From IMG/VR virus record IMGVR_UViG_3300029945_000001, positions 62,001 through 126,000 of that record: a stretch of 64,000 nucleotides of DNA; one strand, 5' to 3'. The position numbers and the translations under genes were made by a program. Under the pieces are notes generated by a model. The model was not told the origin of the DNA. It worked only from the letters and a program-made list of their open reading frames with translations, and searched no databases. Position 1 is the first letter of the stretch. Each line of letters opens with the position of its first letter. Shown here in pieces: positions 50,618 to 60,216 of this stretch.

Positions 50618-51346
50618 ATGTTGAAGATTATCATGAGCGTGATGGTCGCCATTACGTTAAGTGCTTGCGCTGCTCAGCAAGAGTCGCCCAAGACTGTCAA
50701 GCAGGAAAAGTCTGAGGAAGTCATTCAGGCTATGCCTGATTGGGTTAAGAACCCTCCGACGGGTGAAGGTTATGTGTTCGGTATCGGAAGTGGCGTCTCT
50801 GCTATTTCCAGCTATGCTCGGGAACGAGCTATTCACGATGCCATCTTGGATCTTGCTCGTCAGCAGGATTCTGAGATGACCTCGAAACAGCGTGAGTATA
50901 TTTCCGAAACCGGAGACGAAACACACCGCAAAGCAAACTCGACATCCGATCGTGCATCGACAATGACCATCAAGCGGATGGTCGGAGCTTTCTCAGTCAT
51001 TAAGACTGAGTTCTATTCGATGCCGAATGGAAACTTCAAGGTATATGCTCTTGTCAAGTGCGAACTTGGCAACGGCGATACCGTCGATACCAACAAAGCT
51101 GCTACTGATACAGTGACTGAACAGAAGGCCAAGGAGGCACATCAAAATGAAGATCCTGACGCGTCGAAACAACCGGAAAATGATCCGCCTGCTGCGCAGC
51201 CTCAAGTATCTAGTGACGATAGTCCCGATACTGGTCATCTTGTTCCTCATAAAAATAAGTACCAGGTCATCTCTGGTCCTGTGAACAACGAACCGCCACC
51301 TCCTGTGGCAGATCCACTTCCTCCCGTGAAGCGATTGGCCCTTTAG
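50618..51346 (+). CDS. LPP20-like lipoprotein
   Basis: Lipobox LSAC; PDWV..P, G.GSG...AR..A...A...LA pattern. Confidence 0.7.
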   Translation: MLKIIMSVMVAITLSACAAQQESPKTVKQEKSEEVIQAMPDWVKNPPTGEGYVFGIGSGVSAISSYARERAIHDAILDLARQQDSEMTSKQREYISETGDETHRKANSTSDRASTMTIKRMVGAFSVIKTEFYSMPNGNFKVYALVKCELGNGDTVDTNKAATDTVTEQKAKEAHQNEDPDASKQPENDPPAAQPQVSSDDSPDTGHLVPHKNKYQVISGPVNNEPPPPVADPLPPVKRLAL

Positions 51347-51378
51347 ATCTGATCAGATGGTCAGAGAAGGAGTAAATC

Positions 51379-52170
51379 ATGCGTGTATTACTATCTCTGA
51401 TCCTTATGATCGCCTGTGGTTCTGCAATGGCCGAGACACAGTATACCACCGAGAATGGTACTTATACTCTCGGTGACAATGACACCAAAGCGCAGGCCCA
51501 AAAAGCCTGCATCGAAAATGCCAAACAGTCGGCTATAGAAAAGGCCGGTGTATTCGTGAATTCGAATTTTCAAGATCGGAAACACGAAGGAGAAGAAGGA
51601 TACAAAGAATCATCTTCTGTGTCTCTGAGCTCTATTTCTGCTGGTATTGTTTTGGCAGAAGTTCAAAGCCAGTCTATGATGATCGAACCATCGGGTCATC
51701 AGGTTACGAACTGTGTAGTTCGTGTCGGAATTGATCCCGAAGAGATCAAAAAAGCATCTACTACTGCTTCTGTTAATACAGATCAGTTGAAGAAGCTGAA
51801 TGAAGAAGTTGCTGCTCTGAAGATGCAAATCGCAGAGCAGCAAAAGAAACAAGCTGACAATCAGGTACCTTCCAATGTTTCTCAGAACACTCAGACTACG
51901 GCCGTTAGTGTTCCTCGGATCGTTGACGAGGATAAGGTTGTTTACACATATAGTCCCGCACCGCCTCAGGTTGTGTATGCGCCCCCTCCAGGATATGTGG
52001 AACGACAGACTTATACCTTACAGCCCCCTCCTCCCGTTCGTCATCAGGAGAGAGTCTTCTATATTCATCCTCAGACGGTACCGTATGGCTATTATCAGAC
52101 GGTACCGTATGGCTATTACCAGCGGAGTGTTTCTTATGGTGGATGGGGTGGAGCTAGGAGGTTTCATTAA
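51379..52170 (+). CDS. secreted protein with LPP20-like domain and Pro/Tyr-rich tail
   Basis: Signal peptide (AMA); A...C...AK..AIEKAGVFV pattern. Confidence 0.6.
   Translation: MRVLLSLILMIACGSAMAETQYTTENGTYTLGDNDTKAQAQKACIENAKQSAIEKAGVFVNSNFQDRKHEGEEGYKESSSVSLSSISAGIVLAEVQSQSMMIEPSGHQVTNCVVRVGIDPEEIKKASTTASVNTDQLKKLNEEVAALKMQIAEQQKKQADNQVPSNVSQNTQTTAVSVPRIVDEDKVVYTYSPAPPQVVYAPPPGYVERQTYTLQPPPPVRHQERVFYIHPQTVPYGYYQTVPYGYYQRSVSYGGWGGARRFH
52072..52119 (+). repeat. 24-bp tandem duplication encoding QTVPYGYY twice
   Basis: CAGACGGTACCGTATGGCTATTA(T/C) x2. Confidence 0.9.
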
Positions 52171-52285
52171 GGGTAGGGACTGTGGTGCATGTGCACTACA
52201 GTCCCTCTCTTTTATTTTTTTCTATTAAATTTGAAATATTTAATATTTAAAGAGATGATATAGAAATACTGAAAGGTGATTTCTA

Positions 52286-52807
52286 ATGTCAATTATCATT
52301 TCTGACTATGATATTGTTTTAGGATGTCATATTAATCAACCTGTTATTTATTTTACACCCATACAAATAAAAACAATGAGAGAAAGAATATTTAAATTAG
52401 ATCAGACTGATTTTTCTAAGTTGTTAGGAATGAGTAGAACTTCTATTTGCCAATGGGAAAACGATAGACGATATTGTTGTTATAATACTTTAATATTATT
52501 AAATATGATTTATAGACTTTATTATAATGACATCGACAAGGTTAAAAATGCTATAAAAGTCATTAATAATTATAAGAATAAAAAGAAATATGCTAAAGAT
52601 CTTATTAATAAAATATTAAATGATAATAGTTTATCTCATATACAATTAAATAAGTACATGTATAATTTTGATATTAATAATAGTGCTGTTAGAACATGGT
52701 CTAATTCAAAACACGAACCTCGTGGTAGTGCATTGATATTATTAACTATGTTGGATATTTATGGTATTGATTTTATCAACAACACTCTCAATATAAGGAA
52801 AAATTGA
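52286..52807 (+). CDS. XRE-family HTH protein, probably two HTH domains
   Basis: IKTMRE..LDQTDFSKLLGMSRTSICQWEN and AVRTWSNSKHEPRG. Confidence 0.7.
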   Translation: MSIIISDYDIVLGCHINQPVIYFTPIQIKTMRERIFKLDQTDFSKLLGMSRTSICQWENDRRYCCYNTLILLNMIYRLYYNDIDKVKNAIKVINNYKNKKKYAKDLINKILNDNSLSHIQLNKYMYNFDINNSAVRTWSNSKHEPRGSALILLTMLDIYGIDFINNTLNIRKN

Positions 52808-52811
52808 GGAT

Positions 52812-53666
52812 ATGTCAGAGATGTATGAATCTACTAAAATTTCTCAAAACAAAATTGTAGAAATTATTAGAGAACTTTTTACTTATGGAGAATTGTGTGT
52901 CGATAGAGACGATAATATTCATAATCTTAGAACTCACAAAGTCTATAAATCTTTTGGATCTTCGTCGGCATATATGACATTTTCTTATAGTAAAGATGGT
53001 ATTGGAAAAATAAAGTTTCCTAAAAGATTGGTTGTCTGGATGCATTATAACGATATGAATCCTCCACCGGACAATAAAGTTATTTTAACACACAGTACTG
53101 AAAAGAATGATTTTAGATATAGATATATGTTTTTAGATAATGATTCTGGTGTAACGAAGAAAAGAGCTTTGACAGAAGAACAAGTTCTTAGATATAGAAA
53201 GGCATATAGTGAAGGAACTATGTCTCTTGGTGAAATTACTCTAGTTTTAAGTGATGTATTAAAGAAATCTGGTGTTGAATCTATGTTACGTGGTAAAACA
53301 TATAAAGATTATCAAATATTCCCTACTCCGGTTAAAGAAACAAAAATAACTCTTAATAGACTTGTTAGAGAAAGAAAAGCTACTAAGAAAATAGTACATT
53401 ATGTATCTGATGATCTTGTATGTGTTACAGATATACCATATGAAACACCATCACCAAATTCTCTTAGACAGATCATTATTTATCATATGCATTTTGTTAA
53501 GAAAGTACCACTTGTATATGTTGCAGAAGTTTTTCATTATGAATTAGATTTTACAAAAGAACAATACGAAGCATATCAAACTGAACATTATGCAAATGAT
53601 ATTAGAAAAGTTAGAGTAAAATATGGTAGAAGAAAAGATGTCTGTGAAAGATATAAATTACTTTAG
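52812..53666 (+). CDS. DNA-binding protein resembling a degenerate HNH homing endonuclease
   Basis: RLVVW.HY..P and LTEEQV..YR...RGKTYK patterns, without an intact HNH motif. Confidence 0.4.
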   Translation: MSEMYESTKISQNKIVEIIRELFTYGELCVDRDDNIHNLRTHKVYKSFGSSSAYMTFSYSKDGIGKIKFPKRLVVWMHYNDMNPPPDNKVILTHSTEKNDFRYRYMFLDNDSGVTKKRALTEEQVLRYRKAYSEGTMSLGEITLVLSDVLKKSGVESMLRGKTYKDYQIFPTPVKETKITLNRLVRERKATKKIVHYVSDDLVCVTDIPYETPSPNSLRQIIIYHMHFVKKVPLVYVAEVFHYELDFTKEQYEAYQTEHYANDIRKVRVKYGRRKDVCERYKLL

Positions 53667-53753
53667 GCGTGGATATAACAAGAGACGCCGTATGGGGCGT
53701 CTCTTGTTATATTTTTTATCATTTTATAGTTTTAGTCGTATGAGGAAACTGTC

Positions 53754-54515
53754 ATGTTTAATAGGTCTCTTATATATCACACATGTGAGTTAGAAAAGAC
53801 AAATATAAATTACATACAACCTAGTGACATTGATGTATTTGGTACTGAATCTTATATAGAAACAACAAACACACATTTATCTGGACATATTGAAAGATCA
53901 AATCATATCCTAAAACACATTGATAATTTTATTGAAGAAATAGAATCAAATATGTCGAAAAAACAATTTAGTGAAGAAAAATTCAAGTTATTGAAAACAA
54001 AGAAAAATACATTAAAATGTAATGATCTATTATCTGGATTACAAGAATCATTTAAGTTAGTAAATATTACAAAAAGTATTTTAAATATGCCTATTTCTAA
54101 AAGTGAAGAAGATTTGAAAAAGTTAATTGATAAAATAAAGAATATAAATCTTAAGATGTTTACTTCTGTTGAAAAAGATCATGGACGATATTACATCATT
54201 GTTCCTAATGATAAAATCAATAAAGTATCTTCTGGTAAAGATGTTACCTATACCTCTTTAGGATATTCAAAATTATTTATTTCTAAAATTACTGATGGAA
54301 ATTATAAAAATATATTGACATCTCTTATTAATTTAAAATCTGATTTTGAAAATGTTACTAAGAAATATGAATCTTCAGATAAATCTAAATATGCTAGAGC
54401 GCATCATTTTGCAGTATATGAACTCTACAGATGTAATCTTGAAAGAAGTTGGTATTATTATTTTGATAATGCTTTGGCCATTGCTAAGACGATAGTAAAA
54501 GGAAGTTATATTTAA
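53754..54515 (+). CDS. hypothetical, possible internal head protein
   Basis: N-terminal GTES resembles the S/A/G-X-E cleavage motif of phiKZ-like prohead proteases. Confidence 0.4.
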   Translation: MFNRSLIYHTCELEKTNINYIQPSDIDVFGTESYIETTNTHLSGHIERSNHILKHIDNFIEEIESNMSKKQFSEEKFKLLKTKKNTLKCNDLLSGLQESFKLVNITKSILNMPISKSEEDLKKLIDKIKNINLKMFTSVEKDHGRYYIIVPNDKINKVSSGKDVTYTSLGYSKLFISKITDGNYKNILTSLINLKSDFENVTKKYESSDKSKYARAHHFAVYELYRCNLERSWYYYFDNALAIAKTIVKGSYI

Positions 54516-54575
54516 ATTACATATTAAATAATTTAAACATTATACGAAATGTAGTAGAAGAAAAGGTATAGATAT

Positions 54576-54956
54576 ATGACAACACATAAAGAATTTGTTG
54601 ATATTATTAATGATCTATCAAGTTTTATAACAACATTATTAGAAACAAAAGACACTAGCACTAAGAATGATATTAATTATGTTTATATTACTAGTTTGTT
54701 TTATGATACAATATTAACTCATTTTAAAACACATCTAGGTAATTTTTATAAGATTGAATTTAAAGAATTTAATGATGGCTTAGATAATCATAGACAATCA
54801 GATAATATAAATATTAGAGATAGTATTATATATTTCATCAATTTCTATAAAGAACTAAAAGCAAGTAATGAATTTATTACTACTTTAACACATATGGATA
54901 ATAAACTTATTATATTAATAAGGATTAAAGAATTGGATTATTTGTCTATTTTATAA
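54576..54956 (+). CDS. hypothetical protein
   Basis: AAGG RBS. Confidence 0.55.
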   Translation: MTTHKEFVDIINDLSSFITTLLETKDTSTKNDINYVYITSLFYDTILTHFKTHLGNFYKIEFKEFNDGLDNHRQSDNINIRDSIIYFINFYKELKASNEFITTLTHMDNKLIILIRIKELDYLSIL

Positions 54957-54982
54957 ACTCCAGGAAACACGGAAGAGAAAAC

Positions 54983-55435
54983 ATGAGCAATATAGTAGCC
55001 AACAACAACAACGTCTTGTCTTTTGACGGAATGTCGAATGTTATTAAGAACGCATTTGATAATTTTAATAATATGATTTCTGATGAGAATGATACTAATT
55101 TTAAGATCATTAGTCCTGCAATTATTGATTTTATTAAACGGACTGTTTCTCGTGAAATCGTAAACGGTGTTTTAAATTCATTATCTAATAGAACTATTAT
55201 TCCGTATGTTATGTTTACCAATATGATTCAGCAAGAATTATCCAAAAATCAGTTACTTAATATTGATAAGACTTTTGTAAATGCGCCTATGACATATTTT
55301 ATTAAGTTGTACCACGAACTTAATAAAGAATTTAGTAGAGATCCTGATAAAACAAAGGTGGTTGTTGGTTATGGTCCTGATGGTATGTTATGTATTGTTA
55401 TTACAATAAACTATGCTAATCTGACTGGTATGTAA
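54983..55435 (+). CDS. hypothetical protein
   Basis: 150-aa ORF in operon. Confidence 0.6.
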   Translation: MSNIVANNNNVLSFDGMSNVIKNAFDNFNNMISDENDTNFKIISPAIIDFIKRTVSREIVNGVLNSLSNRTIIPYVMFTNMIQQELSKNQLLNIDKTFVNAPMTYFIKLYHELNKEFSRDPDKTKVVVGYGPDGMLCIVITINYANLTGM

Positions 55436-55438
55436 TCT

Positions 55439-55861
55439 ATGAAAGTTTTTCTTGGAGGAACATCTTGTTCAAATTGGCGTAATAAAATTATTCCACTCTT
55501 GAAGATAGATTATTTTCATCCTATCGTTAATGACTGGACAAATGAAGCATATCGAAAAGAATTAGAAGCTAAAGAAGAATGTGATTACTTATTGTTTGTT
55601 ATTACTCCAGAAATGCAAGGTTGTTATTCAATAGCAGAAGCTGTTGATTTCAGCAATAAGAATCCAGATAGACTTATGTTTTGCGTATTAGATAATTACA
55701 ATGATAAGAAATTTGATGAATTTAATGTACGTTCTTTACGTGCTACTATTAACCTTATTAAAGGAAATGGTGGTAGGATTTTTAATACTCTAAAAGCAGC
55801 AGCTGTTTTCTTAAATGATAAAGCAGGAATGCATATACAGGAAGATAGTGATGCCGAATAG
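55439..55861 (+). CDS. nucleoside 2-deoxyribosyltransferase-like protein
   Basis: KVFLGGT...WR..II..L.IDYF.P.V.DW, ITP.M.G.YSIAE. Confidence 0.75.
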   Translation: MKVFLGGTSCSNWRNKIIPLLKIDYFHPIVNDWTNEAYRKELEAKEECDYLLFVITPEMQGCYSIAEAVDFSNKNPDRLMFCVLDNYNDKKFDEFNVRSLRATINLIKGNGGRIFNTLKAAAVFLNDKAGMHIQEDSDAE

Positions 55862-56426
55862 ATACAATATTGCTATAGATACTGAGTTTTATGAAGATGG
55901 GAAAGGTACTGTAAAATTATTATCCATTGGGATGCAAAGACAAGAAGATAGAAAAACACTTTATCTTGTTGTTCCTAATTATGAAGATATCTTGAATAAT
56001 ATTCCTGAAGGTCATTTTGTTCATGAGCAAGTAGCTCCATATTTGTTTGAAGAAGCTCCTACTATTAATTTTAGACATATGACCATTGACATGGAAAATA
56101 AACAAAAAATATTTAGAGAAACTATTAAAGAATTTATTGGTGTAAAACAACAGTTTATTGGATATTGTACGGCGTATGACATTGTTGCTTTTAAATCTAT
56201 TTTTGGAGACTTTGATAATATTCCTTCTACTCTTCCTTATACATTTAAAGATCTAGCATTCTTTATACCGCTTGTTGGTAAAGTTAAAAAAGACTTTGCT
56301 CCTGTAAGTAATTATGGAAATCTTCATAATGCTCTTACTGATGCTAAATGGGCACTTGGTGTATATGAAGAAATTTATAGAAACAATTTCAATATTAGAA
56401 GCATTATGGATATTGACTGGCGTTAA
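55851..56426 (+). CDS. DEDDh 3'-5' exonuclease (RNase AS-like)
   Basis: IAIDTEF, AYDIV, HNALTDA; ORF track start 55815. Confidence 0.8.
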   Translation: MPNRYNIAIDTEFYEDGKGTVKLLSIGMQRQEDRKTLYLVVPNYEDILNNIPEGHFVHEQVAPYLFEEAPTINFRHMTIDMENKQKIFRETIKEFIGVKQQFIGYCTAYDIVAFKSIFGDFDNIPSTLPYTFKDLAFFIPLVGKVKKDFAPVSNYGNLHNALTDAKWALGVYEEIYRNNFNIRSIMDIDWR

Positions 56427-56521
56427 TTGGATGGAGGTGTGGGCAATAGCCCACACCTCCATATTTCATTATTGTATTACCGATATATTACTTAAACAAA
56501 GTAAATACATGAGGATGAAAA

Positions 56522-57034
56522 ATGTCTGATATTCAATTTGATCGTGAAAAAGTCACTGCTTTCTTAAAAAAAGTATGGTAAGTTTAATAGAATAAGTCCC
56601 ATTACAAGAAAGATAGTTGAACGAGGAAAACGAAAAGCGTGTTTCTCGAACTCACTAACATATGCTATTTTAAATTTTGAAGATGTCGGTTACATCGAAG
56701 GATTAGTAGGTAGTAATTTTGTTGAAAATCCTTTAGAGAAAGCAAGACTTCATGGTTGGAATGTATTTAAAAATATGGATGTTTTTGAGCATTGTTTTGA
56801 TAAAACTCCTATTTATTTTGATAAAACATGGACTATCGTGGGCAGTGTAGTGGACTGTTTTACTATGGTGTTGAAATATGTCCTCATTTTGCTCACATGG
56901 TTATTGGTTTACAATTCGATAAAGATAGAAGCAAACCTGGTGGTTATTCTGTTTTAACATACGAACCTTTTCTCAATGGAGAATTTAAAGAATCGGAATG
57001 GCGACCGTATGGCTATGAAATAATAGAATCATAA
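56522..57034 (+). pseudogene. phage gene with Cys-His-Asp-like motifs broken by two compensating frameshifts
   Basis: MSDIQF..FLKK, +1 shift at the A7 run 56566-56572, then KYGK..KACFSNS..YIEGL..LHGWN..DKTW, then -1 shift near 56830 to DYRGQ..YYGVEI. Confidence 0.6.
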
Positions 57035-57099
57035 GAATATAAGGGGGAATAATATTCCCCCTTAAAACATTGTATAGATTCTTTTTATTAGGAGGATAC

Positions 57100-59214
57100 A
57101 TGTTTTCTATCCTAAATATTTTTTCTATAAAAGTAGAAGAAACTCCAGGTTCTAAATTTGTTACTCTTTCGAATATACAATCAAATAATTTAAGACGAGA
57201 TTTTGTTAAGACATTAGGGTCTCCACTTATTGAAAAATATATGTTACATAAAGCAACATATAATAAATTTGTTATTCATAAGTTTTTTATACCAGATCTC
57301 TACTATATATTAACTAAGATCTTGCTGACAAAAGGGCATATATATACAACTAGATCACACATTAAGGATCTCTTAAAACAAATAGAATTACATACTTGGT
57401 ATAAGTCTGCTTTTGAGCCACCAAAATCAGTACCTTTAAATCTAAGTAGATTGTCTGAATTGTCTAGGCCATTACTTCCTATTCAATTGGAAGCATTAAA
57501 AGAATATAATTTAAAGATTCCTAAGTTAAAATTAAGAGGTTTCTTACTGGATGCAGCGACTGGTAGTGGTAAATCTGGTATGTTACTTGCTATGGGTTTA
57601 TGTTCAGAAGCTAAATTCAAAGTTATTATTTGTCCAAAACATACGATTTCAAAAGTATGGGTCGATGAAGAACTTCCAAAGTCTTTTGGTAAGAAGAATA
57701 AGTTGAAAGTATTTAGGTCAGATGAACAAGATGAAATCGTTCCTGGTTATGATTGGTATTTTATTCATTATGAAGCTATTGGTAAACTATTACAATTCTT
57801 TCATAAACATAAATATCCTTCAGTGTTTATTGGTATAGATGAGTGTCATAATCTTAATGAATTAGGTTCTATGAGAACCAATATTTATATTGAATGTTGT
57901 GAAGCATCAAATGCACAAAACATCGTTCCGGCATCTGGTACTCCACTGAAAGCACTTGGTAGAGAAGTTGTGCCATTGTTACAAGTTACAGATCCGTTAT
58001 TTGATGATTATGCTAAAGATAGGTTCTTAAAAATCTATAGTAGATCGGCAGGATCTGCTGCCCATATCTTACAGAATAGAATATCATTAGTTTCACATAC
58101 AATTCCTAAGTCTGCTATTATGGGATCTGAAAAACCCATTGAAAAAACTATTTCTATTACATTACCAGATAGTGACAAATATACTTTACCGTTTTTAAAA
58201 ATAGAGTGTAAGAAATTCTTTATAGATAAAATGACAAAATATGATAAAGAGATGGATGTACATGAAAAACTATTTATATCGGTTATAAGAGATCACGAAA
58301 GAACATTAAAATCGAAAGAAGATCTTCATGAGTTTAATGTATATCTCGATTATATTAATAAGATAAAGAAAGGATACGATCCTATTACCATGGGTTTCAT
58401 GTCTATTTATTGTAATACTTATGAAAAGACTAAGATTATACCCAATCTACCTAAGGATATAAAAGATAAGTTTATTAAATCTAAATCAGTTGTTAAATAT
58501 GTTAAGATGGTTGTTATGGGAGAATGGTTAGCAGAAATAGGTAGGAAAAGAGTAGAGCTACACAAAGAACTTATTAGACATGCAGGCCTTGATGAAATTG
58601 TTAAAAATGCTGAAAAGAAAACTATATGTTTTAGTAATTATGTTGATGCTATTAAAGAAGGTGAAAGATATTTTAAAGAAGCCGGGTTTAATCCTCTTTG
58701 TGTTTATGGTGATACGAATGCAGATCTTGGTAATATCATAGATAAATTTAAATCAGACAAAACAGTAAATCCATTATTAGCAACAATACAATCTATGTCT
58801 ACTGGCATAACTCTCATTGTTGCAAATATTATTATTTTCTTTAATCTTCCATTTAGAGATTATGAAATGGAACAAGCTATTGCGCGAGCATTTAGACTTG
58901 GACAAGATACTCAAGTTTATGTTTATAAACTATTACTCAATACTAAAGAAGCCAATCTAGCTACAAGACTTGAAGAAATTCTCGAATGGAGTAGATCTTC
59001 TGTTTATGATCTCATGGGACATACTAATAATGAAATGACTAAAGATGAAGATATATTCATTACAGCTATTAATGATAATAATAATATTTCAAGTGATGAA
59101 ATCAAGAAATTGGCTCATAAAGTTGCAGCGAATGAAAATTATGAATTCAATACAAATGCTCACTATTATCAAAATAAATCTTTTTATAATCTTATGTTGA
59201 AATTAAGGGCTTAG
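57100..59214 (+). CDS. SNF2-family (SF2) helicase
   Basis: ATGSGKS, IDECH, ASGTP, QSMSTGITL, QAIARAFRLGQ; AGGAGG RBS before ATG 57100. Confidence 0.9.
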   Translation: MFSILNIFSIKVEETPGSKFVTLSNIQSNNLRRDFVKTLGSPLIEKYMLHKATYNKFVIHKFFIPDLYYILTKILLTKGHIYTTRSHIKDLLKQIELHTWYKSAFEPPKSVPLNLSRLSELSRPLLPIQLEALKEYNLKIPKLKLRGFLLDAATGSGKSGMLLAMGLCSEAKFKVIICPKHTISKVWVDEELPKSFGKKNKLKVFRSDEQDEIVPGYDWYFIHYEAIGKLLQFFHKHKYPSVFIGIDECHNLNELGSMRTNIYIECCEASNAQNIVPASGTPLKALGREVVPLLQVTDPLFDDYAKDRFLKIYSRSAGSAAHILQNRISLVSHTIPKSAIMGSEKPIEKTISITLPDSDKYTLPFLKIECKKFFIDKMTKYDKEMDVHEKLFISVIRDHERTLKSKEDLHEFNVYLDYINKIKKGYDPITMGFMSIYCNTYEKTKIIPNLPKDIKDKFIKSKSVVKYVKMVVMGEWLAEIGRKRVELHKELIRHAGLDEIVKNAEKKTICFSNYVDAIKEGERYFKEAGFNPLCVYGDTNADLGNIIDKFKSDKTVNPLLATIQSMSTGITLIVANIIIFFNLPFRDYEMEQAIARAFRLGQDTQVYVYKLLLNTKEANLATRLEEILEWSRSSVYDLMGHTNNEMTKDEDIFITAINDNNNISSDEIKKLAHKVAANENYEFNTNAHYYQNKSFYNLMLKLRA

Positions 59215-59230
59215 AAAAAGGAGCATCTTT

Positions 59231-59668
59231 ATGGATAAAGATTTTGAATATACTTTTGATACTCTTCCATTTACAGCACCATCCGATGAAGGATTTAGAG
59301 CTGGTGAAACTGATAATTTAAAATGGTATATTAATTGTGAATTACATGAAGTTGTTTCTTACATGGATAATGCTCTTAAAAAAGGATTCGCATTAAAGAC
59401 CGGTAGAGCATATGGTTCTGATGGTAAATTAACTGATCCTAAATATACTGGTCTTTATTATACAAATGAAGATCTTAATAGATATATTGAAAATACAAAT
59501 CAATATCTTAAAGAACATCCAGAACTCAAAGATATAACTGATTCATCTGCTATGATGCCTACTGTTGATACTATTATTAGATCTATGGCAAAGCTTCCAG
59601 ATGATAATATTATTAATATCGAAAGATATAAAAGGCCTCGTCGTGCTATGAGAAATAAAAAAATATAG
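59231..59668 (+). CDS. hypothetical protein
   Basis: AAGGAG RBS. Confidence 0.6.
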   Translation: MDKDFEYTFDTLPFTAPSDEGFRAGETDNLKWYINCELHEVVSYMDNALKKGFALKTGRAYGSDGKLTDPKYTGLYYTNEDLNRYIENTNQYLKEHPELKDITDSSAMMPTVDTIIRSMAKLPDDNIINIERYKRPRRAMRNKKI

Positions 59669-59707
59669 ATAGTATTTATTATATGTTTGTGAAAATGGAG
59701 TCGAAAA

Positions 59708-60031
59708 ATGATTGAAAAAAATATGGACGTCACCGATATCAATGGTGCTAAAAAGAACATCAGCGATCTGAAGGTCTTTGGTAATGGCGATACCTTCCAA
59801 CTTATCTGCAAAGCTAGTTCCCAGGAACAGGGTTGGATGAAGTCGACCAAAGCTATGGAAATCGTTGGTGTTGGCTGTGTTGTCCAGGTGACAACGCAAC
59901 AGCGCAGTCCTGACGGATCGTATGCTGTGGCAGAAGCCGTGACTTTTGTTCCAGGAACAAAGATCATCGGTGATGCTATCAATGGTCGTCGGATCGTTAT
60001 TTTCAATTACAATGATACCGATATCGAATAA
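59708..60031 (+). CDS. conserved phage protein of unknown function
   Basis: GNGDTFQLICKASS..GWMKSTKAM..GC.VQVTTQQ..AEAVTFVPG; GGAG RBS. Confidence 0.7.
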   Translation: MIEKNMDVTDINGAKKNISDLKVFGNGDTFQLICKASSQEQGWMKSTKAMEIVGVGCVVQVTTQQRSPDGSYAVAEAVTFVPGTKIIGDAINGRRIVIFNYNDTDIE

Positions 60032-60057
60032 TATTTGACTCAGTTGATATGGAAAAA

Positions 60058-60147
60058 GGATGGGTGGCCGAGTGGTTTAAGGCAACGGTCTTGAAAACCG
60101 TCGTAGGTGTGAGCTTACCGTGGGTTCGAATCCCACCCCATCCGCCA
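60058..60147 (+). tRNA. tRNA-Ser(UGA)
   Basis: GGATGGG/CCCATCC acceptor, CTTGAAA anticodon loop, long variable arm, TTCGAAT, encoded CCA. Confidence 0.97.
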
Positions 60148-60216
60148 TGTTAAATAAGTTTCAAAATATTTATACATATATATTAATTTATTGGAACCTG
60201 ATCATAAAAAGTTAAA

